63,895 nucleotides of DNA from an uncultured virus (IMG/VR IMGVR_UViG_2061766007_003022) (IMGVR_UViG_2061766007_003022); one strand, 5' to 3'. Shown: positions 1 through 9,913, numbered from the stretch's first letter. Program-made: numbers and translations. Notes: generated by a model not told the origin, from the sequence alone.

Positions 1-1
1 C

Positions 2-277
2 AATGACCTCATGACGGTGGACCAGCAGACCGGAATCACCCCGGACGGCGAGGTCAACCCGCAGGCAGCCGGCACCCCGGCACAGCCGCCTAGTCCACAG
101 GAGCAGAAGCAGATTGACATGACAATCGCCCAGAACACCCAGGACGCCAAGGACGCGGGCGCCGCCCCCGAGAAGGAGGTCACCGCCGCAGTGGGCGTCG
201 CCAAGGCAAACTGCCAGGAAAAAGAAAAGGAGGACGGCGACAACGCCATCCTCGAGACCCTCATCGGGATGATTTAA
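2..277 (+). CDS. C-terminal fragment of ankyrin-like protein (second copy of 5741..6622)
   Basis: Near-identical to the C-terminus of 5741..6622 (VDQQTGITPDG...DGDNAILETL); 5' end lies outside the window. Confidence 0.8.
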   Translation, partial: NDLMTVDQQTGITPDGEVNPQAAGTPAQPPSPQEQKQIDMTIAQNTQDAKDAGAAPEKEVTAAVGVAKANCQEKEKEDGDNAILETLIGMI

Positions 278-555
278 ACATCCTTAATTTCGGTTTCCCG
301 TTTCATCCGGTTGACTCTGGCGTTTATGCCGGAGTCGTCCATGAACCTATCCATCGCCGAACCGTCCATGAGGACTCCTACCCTGAATCCGTCACGAATG
401 GCCATGCGTGCCTTCTCCTCGTCCAGTCCGAACTTCTCCATCATGAACCGGACCTCGGGAGGGAGTTCAGCGTCTTTCCCGGAGTCTTTTCCAGACTTCG
501 TACGACGGGTACCGGTCCTTCCTCGGCATTCCCCTTGTTTTCGCGACTTGCTCAT
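274..555 (-). CDS. hypothetical protein (overlaps the upstream gene)
   Basis: SD-like AAGGGGG 6 nt before ATG; the PEVRFMMEKF...RVNRMKRETE core is conserved in copy 6619..6900. Confidence 0.7.
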   Translation of the reverse strand: MSKSRKQGECRGRTGTRRTKSGKDSGKDAELPPEVRFMMEKFGLDEEKARMAIRDGFRVGVLMDGSAMDRFMDDSGINARVNRMKRETEIKDV

Positions 556-736
556 AGTAATCCCCCCTTGCTTCAAGGTAAATCTCGTGCTCGTGCAACT
601 TCAATATGACAGCCAGCTGTTCCGGGTCTGCGTCTACGTCCATCGCGCCTCGTCGGAACATCATTACCAGCCAGGTACCCAGTGCACCGGTGGCCACACT
701 CATCATAATCATCACTACCATCCAGAACGAAGTCAT
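467..736 (-). CDS. small membrane protein with N-terminal TM helix
   Basis: MTSFWMVVMIMMSVATGALGTWLVMMF hydrophobic start; ATGA overlap with the upstream gene; conserved in copy 6737..7081. Confidence 0.75.
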   Translation of the reverse strand: MTSFWMVVMIMMSVATGALGTWLVMMFRRGAMDVDADPEQLAVILKLHEHEIYLEARGDYYEQVAKTRGMPRKDRYPSYEVWKRLRERR

Positions 737-1179
737 TTTTTCCTCCTGGTGGATTTCTTCGAGGAGTACTTCGCCAGCAGCTTGTCCGGCTCGTAGAGCC
801 ACATGTAGGCGTCCTCCACCTCCTCGGTCTTTATCAGGCCGTACCGCTGCGCCTCCAGCACGTCGTGATGGGGCATCTTCAGCACCCTCATGGCATGGTC
901 TATCTGGGAATCCCTCTCCTGCAGGGACGAGGTCTTCGCCCTGCACCAACGGGTGTCCATCCTAACCCCGTTAAGCCCAGTCAGTGACATCGCCTGGATG
1001 TCCCTCGGCAGGTGGCTGAAGGTCAACTCGTTCAGTTCGTGGGTTATCTTCCTCATGCGGGTGTCCATGCTCACGGCCTGTACCACGTTGTACAGCTGGA
1101 ACTCCACCTTGTCCATGTCCGAGACAGGGAGGCAGTTCCGGCGTTCCTCGAGGAACCTGAACGGGTCAAACGCCGCCAT
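733..1179 (-). CDS. probable clamp loader small subunit (T4 gp62-like)
   Basis: 148 aa; FDPF...YNVVQAVS...HELN...HLPRDIQ...RWCRAK pattern resembles gp62-family proteins; copy 2 lies directly downstream of the gp44-like gene. Confidence 0.6.
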   Translation of the reverse strand: MAAFDPFRFLEERRNCLPVSDMDKVEFQLYNVVQAVSMDTRMRKITHELNELTFSHLPRDIQAMSLTGLNGVRMDTRWCRAKTSSLQERDSQIDHAMRVLKMPHHDVLEAQRYGLIKTEEVEDAYMWLYEPDKLLAKYSSKKSTRRKK

Positions 1180-1275
1180 TGTCCCCTCNNNNNNNNNNGT
1201 CCTCGTCAATATGAAATCCTGCAGCCATAATATTTCCTCTGCATCAAAAATACATTATTGTTCCTGAAATTGCAA

Positions 1276-1302
1276 GAAAAGGGAACCGGTTTCCCGGTTC
1301 CC
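1276..1302 (-). terminator. rho-independent terminator after tail tube gene
   Basis: GGGAACCGG-GAAA-CCGGTTCCC followed by TTTTCTT on the minus strand. Confidence 0.85.
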
Positions 1303-1324
1303 TGGTTGAATTTGTAGGCTACGG

Positions 1325-2062
1325 CTACTTGTTGCCAGCGCCGATGACCTTGTAGTTCGGGTTGAACCAGATGTTCCACCTGTCGTACTCCAGGGTGAAG
1401 CCGAACTTCATCAGCTGAGCCTGTTGGTAGCTAAGGGTCTGCCCGACGGTAATCGTGGCCGGCCATGCGTTGATGAGCCGGATACCCATGATGACGTCGC
1501 CGTACATCCAGTCGTAGAGTTCCAGGGTCACGTGGGCGTTACGGAGGAGCACCGCGGTAGCGTTACCGTAGTTCTCCTGCTGGCCGAGACCGAGGTAGAG
1601 CTTGTTGTTGCCCTGCTCGATTCGGTTCGTATCGGAGTTCGTGTCCCCGGTACCCTTGGTGTTCAGGATACCGCTGTTAAGGCAGCACTGGTTCCACGCG
1701 AGCATGGTCTCGTAGGCACGCCCGTCTTCGAGCATGAGCGCATTGAGGGTCATGTTGCCGGCCAGGCCATCCTGCTGGACAGGATACTTCTTCTGGTAGC
1801 CCATGTACCAAATGCTCTCGTGCCTAATCTTGGCGTCTGGTACCTTTGCGCCGTCGGAAATGTGGAGGGTGAACTCCTTCGCAGTTTCCGGGTTGGTACC
1901 GAAGTCCTCACCGTTGGATGGCTTGATGCCGATTGCCTTGAAGATACCCTGGTCCACGCACATACGCCACCGGGTGCTTCGCACCGGGTCCGGTAGCTTG
2001 TCGATGTTCGCAGCAAAGAATACCTTCTTCTTGTCGCTAATGTCGAGTCCGTAAGTTGACAT
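1325..2062 (-). CDS. tail tube protein (T4 gp19-like)
   Basis: Directly follows the sheath gene; INAWPATI...FTLEYDRW C-terminal pattern typical of gp19; strong SD AGGAGG. Confidence 0.8.
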   Translation of the reverse strand: MSTYGLDISDKKKVFFAANIDKLPDPVRSTRWRMCVDQGIFKAIGIKPSNGEDFGTNPETAKEFTLHISDGAKVPDAKIRHESIWYMGYQKKYPVQQDGLAGNMTLNALMLEDGRAYETMLAWNQCCLNSGILNTKGTGDTNSDTNRIEQGNNKLYLGLGQQENYGNATAVLLRNAHVTLELYDWMYGDVIMGIRLINAWPATITVGQTLSYQQAQLMKFGFTLEYDRWNIWFNPNYKVIGAGNK

Positions 2063-2080
2063 ATTCTATTCCTCCTTTGC

Positions 2081-4828
2081 TTAGCGGGCACGCGTGCTGA
2101 TTTCGGTGGATATCGTCTTCCCGTTCGTCCTGGAGAGGACGTTCGTACGAAGCGTAATGTACCGTGCACTTGCCGTCGGAATGAGGTCAAGGTCAACATA
2201 GAGCTTGTGGGCCTCGATAACTTCCGGCGTGTTGTTGGTGTCGTCACAGGTGACCACGCCATACTCAAGTCCGGCAGGATTGGACGAGATAATCTCGTCG
2301 AGCTTTTCCTGCAGGTCCGTCGTAATCTGGGCGCGGAGCGCGGCAGTGTTCAGACGGAACACCTTGGAGTCGAGGTAGTCGTAGTACATCTTGTGGATTC
2401 CAGCAACGAGCATCGTCACGTTAATCGCGTTGAACGCGGTGTCTTCCATCTGCATGGTAAAGTCACCGAAAGCGTAGATGCCCTTCTTGTTCGTACGGAA
2501 CGGGTTCACGTGAATGTCGCACAGACGGGCGATATCAGAATCCGGGTCCTCAGGAATATTGAAGGTACGCTCGTACTTGACCTTGGTGCACCATGCGCCA
2601 GGAATCATACCTGTGTCTTCGCCAGCCGGTACGTGCCACCAGATGNNNNNNNNNNGGGAAGCCATCGCGATGGACGGAGCAGCCTCGACGTTGGACATCG
2701 TGACCACGCGGTCGGCGAAAATCGGACGGGCATCATAGATTGCACCCCAGCGGCCGAGGGTAGAACCGAAGCGGCTTGCCGGAGAGTCAAGCTTGAGGGC
2801 CTGCTCGATACGCGGTTCAGCAACACCGTCGAACAGGGCGAAGCAGTCCTTACGGAGTTCGCATATGTTCAAGATGGCCTGCATAACAGTCGTATTCAGC
2901 GTCTCGTACTTGCGCATACCGAAGTTGTTGATACCGAGACCGGCACCGACGAAGAACGTCACGTCGGACTTATCCTTGTCGATGAACAGGTTGAACGCAG
3001 TCGAAATCGTGCTGGCGTTCATGTTGTTGTTCGGGTCGTACTTCCACACGGCATTGTTGATGATTGCAGGGTCGTTCTCGTTGAACGAGATGCAGGTCAT
3101 CGTGCTGGACGGCTTGCTGTCAGCAACAGTGCCGGACAGGTCGTAGGAGTTGTCCTCGAGGAACATGTCGAGCTCGCCACTGTCGTTCAGCACGAACTGC
3201 ACGCCACTGCCAACCAGTTCAATCTCGGCACTGTCACCGATGTAGAGCTGCATGTTGTTGTGGACGTACTTGGTTACCGTACCGTCGAACTCATAGCGGA
3301 CACCGTTGTACATGTAGGCCACCGAGAGGTAGAGACGGGCAACAGCTTCACCCTCGTCGGTGAGGTCGTATACCTTGACCGTCTTTCCGGTGAAGTTGAC
3401 GTCCATGTACCTGATATTGGCAAGGCCGAGTCCAACGAAGGTAGCGCCGATTGAAGTATCGGTAAGAACCTTCTCGGAGCGTTCAACCACGTCATTGCCA
3501 TCGGTCGCGTTACTAGCAGTGTACTGGAACGGAGTCTTCGGCTCATCGGACTTCGCCTCGGCCACGATGTTATCAACATCAATGATAGAGGTGCTATCCT
3601 GCTTTGCACGAGGAACCATCACGGTAAAGTTGCCGACGAAGTAGATATCGCTGTACTGCTTGGTAACAGGAGATACCAACTTTGCATTCTCAATGGTATC
3701 CAGCGGAATAGGTTCCGGAGGAACCGTAGCACTACTACTGCTTACCGGTACTCCCACAACCGCAATGCCGTTTACGATGAACTCAACCGTATAGTTGTTT
3801 TCACCCGGCTTCGGCGTGCAGGCCGACTCGAAGTCACGGGGGACGATGGTATTCGTCGAGGCGTCAAACACCGGTGCAGTGAACTTTATCTTGTTGCAGG
3901 AATCCACAGCGTCGTTACCAACGGTGACATCGGCAGTAACCTTAACATCCGTAGTATAGATGCCAGCCTTTACTTCAGACCATACTGCGCCATCCACCGG
4001 AACGATAGACCTCGGAGTAACCGTTGCATCATTGTCGAGTTCGTAAGTGTACGAATCCTTGGCGGCGAATGCAATCTTGTTGGTCTGGGTAAGGTTGAGA
4101 AGCTGGAGACCGACAACTACATCGTCGGCAACAATCGTTGGAACCTTGTCCATGAGCACGACCGTATTGGCAATCGTGTCAACACTCTTGACGGTAGAAA
4201 CGAGCAGGATTGGCGACTTAGCAAACGCCGCATCGGCATCTGCATCGTAGGACGTGTAGTCCTTCTCGTTTCCAATCACCGTGCTCGCACGGGTAATAGC
4301 TACCTTGTCACCGGCAACGAACTCGATTGCAGAACCCCTGGTAAGAACGAGGGTGTCCGTATCGGTTTCGGAACTGATGATGTCACCGATGGTGGGTGCG
4401 ATTCCGAATCCGAGTTCGTCACCGCGAACCACCGCGAGGAGGTCCTCTACGACCGTGGAAACAGTAGACTTGTCGGTAACGGACACGGCAAGCGTGTTGA
4501 GGCTGTCAGCCCAGTTCTTCCTGTAGTTACGGAGGATGACTGCGGTTTCCGGAGCAGTCCATTCGTCATCGGAGACGAGGTATACCTTTCCTACACCAGT
4601 AGCGACATCCACGTCGACCACAGTAACCCGCAGTTCATGAGTCTGTTCCGCGCTGTCCGAAGAAATCTTCCAGGCGGCTTCAAGGCGGTCACCCACGATG
4701 ATGGATGGAAGCTGTGCACCTTCGAGTTCGGTGTACATGTCCCCGGTCTCGGTCAACTTGATGGTGACACCTTCGATGAAGTTCCTCGTATCGAGACGGA
4801 CGAACACCGGCTCGTTATCCTCATTGTT
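2081..4828 (-). CDS. contractile tail sheath protein (T4 gp18-like), N-terminus in gap
   Basis: Sheath C-terminal motifs: RKDCFA, WHVPAG, VNPF, AFNAINV, VTCDDTNNTPEVI, P...ARYITL. Confidence 0.9.
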   Translation of the reverse strand, partial: NNEDNEPVFVRLDTRNFIEGVTIKLTETGDMYTELEGAQLPSIIVGDRLEAAWKISSDSAEQTHELRVTVVDVDVATGVGKVYLVSDDEWTAPETAVILRNYRKNWADSLNTLAVSVTDKSTVSTVVEDLLAVVRGDELGFGIAPTIGDIISSETDTDTLVLTRGSAIEFVAGDKVAITRASTVIGNEKDYTSYDADADAAFAKSPILLVSTVKSVDTIANTVVLMDKVPTIVADDVVVGLQLLNLTQTNKIAFAAKDSYTYELDNDATVTPRSIVPVDGAVWSEVKAGIYTTDVKVTADVTVGNDAVDSCNKIKFTAPVFDASTNTIVPRDFESACTPKPGENNYTVEFIVNGIAVVGVPVSSSSATVPPEPIPLDTIENAKLVSPVTKQYSDIYFVGNFTVMVPRAKQDSTSIIDVDNIVAEAKSDEPKTPFQYTASNATDGNDVVERSEKVLTDTSIGATFVGLGLANIRYMDVNFTGKTVKVYDLTDEGEAVARLYLSVAYMYNGVRYEFDGTVTKYVHNNMQLYIGDSAEIELVGSGVQFVLNDSGELDMFLEDNSYDLSGTVADSKPSSTMTCISFNENDPAIINNAVWKYDPNNNMNASTISTAFNLFIDKDKSDVTFFVGAGLGINNFGMRKYETLNTTVMQAILNICELRKDCFALFDGVAEPRIEQALKLDSPASRFGSTLGRWGAIYDARPIFADRVVTMSNVEAAPSIAMASXXXXIWWHVPAGEDTGMIPGAWCTKVKYERTFNIPEDPDSDIARLCDIHVNPFRTNKKGIYAFGDFTMQMEDTAFNAINVTMLVAGIHKMYYDYLDSKVFRLNTAALRAQITTDLQEKLDEIISSNPAGLEYGVVTCDDTNNTPEVIEAHKLYVDLDLIPTASARYITLRTNVLSRTNGKTISTEISTRAR

Positions 4829-5701
4829 NNNNNNNNNNNNNNNNNNNNNNNNNNNNNNNNNNNNNNNNNNNNNNNNNNNNNNNNNNNNNNNNNNNNNNNN
4901 NNNNNNNNNNNNNNNNNNNNNNNNNNNNNNNNNNNNNNNNNNNNNNNNNNNNNNNNNNNNNNNNNNNNNNNNNNNNNNNNNNNNNNNNNNNNNNNNNNNN
5001 NNNNNNNNNNNNNNNNNNNNNNNNNNNNNNNNNNNNNNNNNNNNNNNNNNNNNNNNNNNNNNNNNNNNNNNNNNNNNNNNNNNNNNNNNNNNNNNNNNNN
5101 NNNNNNNNNNNNNNNNNNNNNNNNNNNNNNNNNNNNNNNNNNNNNNNNNNNNNNNNNNNNNNNNNNNNNNNNNNNNNNNNNNNNNNNNNNNNNNNNNNNN
5201 NNNNNNNNNNNNNNNNNNNNNNNNNNNNNNNNNNNNNNNNNNNNNNNNNNNNNNNNNNNNNNNNNNNNNNNNNNNNNNNNNNNNNNNNNNNNNNNNNNNN
5301 NNNNNNNNNNNNNNNNNNNNNNNNNNNNNNNNNNNNNNNNNNNNNNNNNNNNNNNNNNNNNNNNNNNNNNNNNNNNNNNNNNNNNNNNNNNNNNNNNNNN
5401 NNNNNNNNNNNNNNNNNNNNNNNNNNNNNNNNNNNNNNNNNNNNNNNNNNNNNNNNNNNNNNNNNNNNNNNNNNNNNNNNNNNNNNNNNNNNNNNNNNNN
5501 NNNNNNNNNNNNNNNNNNNNNNNNNNNNNNNNNNNNNNNNNNNNNNNNNNNNNNNNNNNNNNNNNNNNNNNNNNNNNNNNNNNNNNNNNNNNNNNNNNNN
5601 NNNNNNNNNNNNNNNNNNNNNNNNNNNNNNNNNNNNNNNNNNNNNNNNNGGAAGTTTATCCGGTGGTCACAATTTTTCTCCGATTTTTGACCCCATATAC
5701 C

Positions 5702-5708
5702 ATAAACT
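5702..5708 (+). promoter_or_regulatory. ATAAACT late-type promoter motif (representative of 15 instances)
   Basis: Recurs shortly upstream of structural or unknown genes on both strands; see findings. Confidence 0.7.
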
Positions 5709-5740
5709 TGCAGAAAACGGCACGTTTCCGGGTAAATATC

Positions 5741-6622
5741 ATGGACAAAAGGGAATTCAACAGCAGGCTCAACGGGCTGAAGGACGCCTATCCGAACGAA
5801 CTGGCGCTCATAGAGGGCATCCAGAACATCGTGAACAAGAAGCTCGAGGTAATTTCCGAGAAGAACCGCCAGGCGCTCCGGCAGTTCCCCCTGCAGTTCA
5901 CCCGCCGGGTCAACCTGGGCGACGGGGAGTGGACTACCACCCTACACATGTGGGCCGACAACCTCGTGGAGGACCTCCTCGAAATCGACCCGCTCATGCT
6001 CACCTGCACCAACTCCGCTGGCGAGACCGTGCTCCATTCCCTAGTATTTGCCGCTACCGGCAAGTTTACCCAGCAGGTCGACTACGAATTCATCAGGAAG
6101 ATGCTCGACAAGAACATGTCCTACATCGAGATGACCCGCCCGAACGACATCAACTCCAAGGCGGAGGGAAACGCCTGGTTCGCAGTGGACTCCGTCGGGA
6201 AGACCGCCATGGACTACCTGATAGAGTTCGCCAACGGGGACAACGGCATGGGGGAGGACCCTCAACTCGAGCAGCTGCTTGCCGAATTCGCCCAGAGCCC
6301 GACCGAGGAGGCGCCGGTGGACAACACCCCGCAGATGCCGGTATCGGACAGCGACCTCATGGCGGTGGACCAGCAGACCGGGATTACCCCGGACGGCCAG
6401 GTCGACCCACAGGCCGCAGGCACACCGGAACAGCCGAGCCCACAGGAACAGCAGCAGATTGACGCTACGGTCGCCCAGAACGCCCAGGATGCCAAGGATG
6501 CCGGAGCCGCCCCCGAGAAGGAAGTCACTGCGGCGGTAAATGTCGCCAAGGCGAACTGCCAGGAAAAAGAAAGGGAGGACGGCGACAACGCCATCCTCGA
6601 AACACTGCTGGGAATGCTCTAG
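5741..6622 (+). CDS. protein with degenerate ankyrin-like repeats and a low-complexity acidic tail
   Basis: WTTTLHMWA, NSAGETVLHSLV and DSVGKTAMDYL resemble the ankyrin G-x-T-x-L-H consensus; true start is ATG 5741 (the longer ORF-track call spans Ns). Confidence 0.6.
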   Translation: MDKREFNSRLNGLKDAYPNELALIEGIQNIVNKKLEVISEKNRQALRQFPLQFTRRVNLGDGEWTTTLHMWADNLVEDLLEIDPLMLTCTNSAGETVLHSLVFAATGKFTQQVDYEFIRKMLDKNMSYIEMTRPNDINSKAEGNAWFAVDSVGKTAMDYLIEFANGDNGMGEDPQLEQLLAEFAQSPTEEAPVDNTPQMPVSDSDLMAVDQQTGITPDGQVDPQAAGTPEQPSPQEQQQIDATVAQNAQDAKDAGAAPEKEVTAAVNVAKANCQEKEREDGDNAILETLLGML

Positions 6623-6900
6623 GGTTCCTTCAGTTCGGTCTCCCGCTTCATGCGGTTGACCCTGGCCTCTATCCCGGAATCTACCATGAACCTTTTCATG
6701 GCCGAACCGTCCATGAGTGCCTTCACACGGAAACCGCTACGTATCGCCATCCTGGCCTTCTCCTCGTCCAGGTGGAACTTCTCCATCATGAACCGGACCT
6801 CGGGTGTGAGTTGACCTTCCGTCCCTGATTCGGAGCCAGGCTGCGTAGGACGGGTATCTGTCCTTTCTTGGCATTCCTCTTGACTTTGCGACTTGCTCAT
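6619..6900 (-). CDS. hypothetical protein (copy of 274..555)
   Basis: AGGAG 6 nt before ATG; same length as the other copy. Confidence 0.7.
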   Translation of the reverse strand: MSKSQSQEECQERTDTRPTQPGSESGTEGQLTPEVRFMMEKFHLDEEKARMAIRSGFRVKALMDGSAMKRFMVDSGIEARVNRMKRETELKEP

Positions 6901-7081
6901 AGTAATCTCCTCTAGCCTCCAGGTAACTTTCCAGCTCATGAAGCTTCCTTATTATGTCGAGCTGGTCCGGGTTCGCATTAAGTTTAACCTCTCCGCGACG
7001 GAAAGTCATCACCAGCCAGGTGCCAAGGGCGCCTGCCGACACGCTCATCATTATAAGCACTACGACCCAGAAGGATGTCAT
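6737..7081 (-). CDS. small membrane protein (copy of 467..736)
   Basis: N-terminal hydrophobic helix; homologous to the first copy. Confidence 0.7.
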   Translation of the reverse strand: MTSFWVVVLIMMSVSAGALGTWLVMTFRRGEVKLNANPDQLDIIRKLHELESYLEARGDYYEQVAKSRGMPRKDRYPSYAAWLRIRDGRSTHTRGPVHDGEVPPGRGEGQDGDT

Positions 7082-7452
7082 TTGCGCTTCCTCCCGGTCT
7101 TCTTCGAGGAGTACTTCGCCAGCAGCTTGTCCGGCTCGTAGATTCTGAGATAGGCGTCCTCCACCTCCTCGGTCTTTATCAGGCCGTACCTCTGTGCCTC
7201 CAGTACGTCATGGTGGGGCATCTTCAGAACCCGCATCGCGTGGTCCACCTGGGCATCCCTCTCCTGCAGGGACGAGGTCTTCGCCCTGCACCACCGGGTA
7301 TCCATCCTCACCCCGTTCAGCCCGGTCATGGCCATCGCCTGGATGTCCCTCGGCAGGTGGCTGAATGACAACTCGTTCAGTTCGTGGGTTATCTTCCTCA
7401 TACGGGTGTCCATGCTCACGGCCTGTACCACGTTGTACAGCTGGAACTCCAC
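7078..7452 (-). CDS. clamp loader small subunit, partial second copy
   Basis: Near-identical protein to 733..1179; its N-terminus appears displaced to 9001..9051. Confidence 0.6.
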   Translation of the reverse strand: MEFQLYNVVQAVSMDTRMRKITHELNELSFSHLPRDIQAMAMTGLNGVRMDTRWCRAKTSSLQERDAQVDHAMRVLKMPHHDVLEAQRYGLIKTEEVEDAYLRIYEPDKLLAKYSSKKTGRKRK

Positions 7453-7462
7453 NNNNNNNNNN

Positions 7463-8534
7463 CCGGTGCCTGCTGCGGTGCATCCATCGGCATCTTGCCG
7501 ACCATCTGGCACTGCATAATCAGTTCCATGACATCGCACAGGAACTCCATCAGGGAAACCTCCTGGTTCACCTGAGATAGACTGGCCCTGTACGCCTTGC
7601 CGAGCATGGAGGCGAACTTGATGTACATGTAGTCCACGGTGCCTCCGGCAGGTACCGGGATTCGTTCCATGAAGTACTTCCCGAACGGAATGTAGACACC
7701 CCGGAAGTCGTGCGCGTTTGCCGACAGGTAGTACCGTAGCCTCCTCGGGTCCATCGAGACAGTCAACCGGTAGATATTGGATATCAGTTCCTCGGTGACT
7801 ATGTTCGGATGCCCGATGATGCTCCCGGAGTTCTCCAGGAAGGTATTGTGCATCACGTTAATCATCTTGCGCATGTCCGGGTAGCACGTCGTGAGGATTT
7901 CCACGATGGTATCCTTCGACACCTCCCCGTTCAGGGGCTTGGTCTCTATCTTCGCTATCTTCATGAGCCGCTTGAACATGCGGTTCTTCAGGTCGCGGTC
8001 GTCACCGGGATGGTCGAATGCAATCGGCATGCACCTGGACTTGATTGGGTCAGGTATGCGGAAAATCTCGTTACACGTAAGAATGAAGCGGAGGTTTGAC
8101 GAGGTGGCCTCCACGCAGGACTGGAGCTTGCGGTAGAAGTTGTCCGGCTGCGACGGGTAGTCTGCCTCGTCGATTATGAAGAACTTGGGACGTCCGTTGA
8201 GGCTCCGGTAGGTGGCGCTCTCGTCAATCTCCTCTAGAATCTCGGAGTCGCGCTTGGCGTAGAGGAACTTGGATTCCGCGCCGAGCATGTCCGGGATGGC
8301 CATCGCAAGACTCGTCTTCCCGGTTCCCGATGCTCCCGAATAGAGTATATAGTTATTGAACGAGTTAACCTGGAGTGCCGTACGTACCATGTTCTCGAGT
8401 TTCTTTGGAAGGACGAAATCCTCCAATGTCCTCGGACGGTACTTCTCCGGCCACAGGTCATCCTGGCCCGTGGTCACCGGGGTTCCCGCGGTCTCTATCA
8501 CTTCTCCGGTTATAAGGTCTATTTCTTGTGCCAT
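7463..8534 (-). CDS. clamp loader AAA+ ATPase subunit (T4 gp44/RFC-like)
   Basis: LWPEKYRP, Walker A GASGTGKTS, Walker B IIDEAD, SRC motif, YPDMRK. Confidence 0.93.
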
Positions 8535-8555
8535 ATTAGCAATTCCTCTATATAC

Positions 8556-8567
8556 AAATATAGCAAA
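8556..8567 (-). promoter_or_regulatory. TTTGCTATATTT early/host-type promoter motif (representative of 5 exact instances)
   Basis: Exact 12-mer upstream of clamp loader, primase, polymerase, SSB and helicase. Confidence 0.75.
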
Positions 8568-8600
8568 AACAGGGTCCACGTTCAATATAAACTACCTGTT

Positions 8601-8954
8601 ATGAACACGATGCTTGAATTCATCGAGGGTGTCACCAGGAAGGACCCGGAATTGCGTAAGAAAGTCACCGGGCTGTACCGGTCGATATTCGAGAACTCCG
8701 CCACGGACATTAACGTGAAGCAGGTCGCGGCACAGCCGGGAACCTGCCAGCAGGGCATCGTGCCCAACGGAAACCTTTCCCTGTACAAGGGAATGCCCAG
8801 CGACCAGACCGTCGCGAAACTAATGCAGCAGTCGTATGCCAGCCGTTTCGGACAGTGGAAGGGCGTGGTGTCACCGGGAAGGACCTCACTCGGCATGTGG
8901 GGAGGCACCGGTCCGGAAAACGTAAACTCCTCGACCCAGTCGGGAGAATCCTAG
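8601..8954 (+). CDS. hypothetical protein, late-type promoter
   Basis: ATAAACT at 8587; C-terminal half is repeated with identical protein and silent changes at 9062..9223. Confidence 0.75.
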   Translation: MNTMLEFIEGVTRKDPELRKKVTGLYRSIFENSATDINVKQVAAQPGTCQQGIVPNGNLSLYKGMPSDQTVAKLMQQSYASRFGQWKGVVSPGRTSLGMWGGTGPENVNSSTQSGES

Positions 8955-9061
8955 GATTCACCGGTAGTCTCGCTGCCGTGGCCGGCTACTNNNNNNNNNN
9001 ACGGCGTTCCTCGAGGAACCTGAACGGGTCAAACGCCGCCATTTGCCCCTCNNNNNNNNNN

Positions 9062-9223
9062 ATGCCCAGTGACCAGACCGTCGCGAAACTGATGCAGCAG
9101 TCGTATGCCAGCCGGTTCGGACAATGGAAGGGCGTGGTGTCACCGGGAAGGACCTCTCTCGGCATGTGGGGAGGCACCGGTCCGGAGAACGTGAACTCCT
9201 CTACGCAGTCCGGTGAGTCCTAG
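9062..9223 (+). CDS. partial second copy of 8601..8954
   Basis: Identical peptide MPSDQTVAKL...TQSGES. Confidence 0.7.
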   Translation: MPSDQTVAKLMQQSYASRFGQWKGVVSPGRTSLGMWGGTGPENVNSSTQSGES

Positions 9224-9905
9224 GATTCGCCGGTAGTCTCACTTCCTGTACCCGACAACTTCAAATCCTCTAGCTTCGGGTGCCTGCCGCAGCAACGGGN
9301 NNNNNNNNNNNNNNNNNCAAAGAGTGCATCGGAAATGACCTTCCAATCATCGTCTACCGCCGATAGTTCCTTCCGGAGCATCCCGGCAAGGTCCCGTATT
9401 TCCTTCAGTGCCCTGCTGCACAACCTACGGTTGAAGAAGTTCACCAGTGTCCGCAGGTTTACCTTCCATACCATCTTGCTGTTCATTCCTAGCGGAAGGA
9501 CATTCGCGGCATCCTCCCGGGGGATACCGGCAGCAATCAGCAAATCATAGTCGTGGCGAATTCCGTTCATGGCGTGTTCATAATCCTGGTTTCCCTCGCA
9601 TTTTGCCGGGGTATAGAAACCGAACCCATTCTCGGCAACATACCTGGTTGATTCCTGCAGCCTGGTAGGCGAACCCCCTATGTGCGTATAGAGCTCCCGG
9701 AGGCACCGGGCAGAGAACCCGGTAATGACGACGGTAATGTCCNNNNNNNNNNNNNNNNNNNNNNGGTTGCCTTTATACAGTCTATGGCCCTTCTACGGTT
9801 CTTCTCCCGGTCGTCCAGGGGAGCATTCCAGCAAATACCAGCAAGCCTACCCATCTTTTCAAGAGGCTCCCGGTCAACATAAAGCAGTTCTATCTTGCGT
9901 TCCAT
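9220..9905 (-). CDS. thyX: FAD-dependent thymidylate synthase (interrupted by small gaps)
   Basis: SARCLRELYTH...LQESTRY, GIPREDAANVLP, VNLRTLVNFFNRRLCSRALKEIR. Confidence 0.85.
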
Positions 9906-9913
9906 AACATCTC

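Noticed and set aside
474..483. GGGAAAG lambda-type slippery site in the overlapping gene pair
   Set aside because: Wrong frame for a -1 shift joining the two ORFs, and absent from the second copy
2207..3454. Long antisense ORFs (e.g. 2207..3454, 33042..34709, 45452..46216)
   Set aside because: Shadow frames of GC3-biased genes on the opposite strand; no SD or promoter support
4637..6622. Very long ORF-track entries spanning N-runs (also 20192..23110, 24496..26223, 27093..28740, 44185..45939, 53985..55583)
   Set aside because: Artefacts of translating through Ns or of upstream extension; they join unrelated genes and are not real fusions
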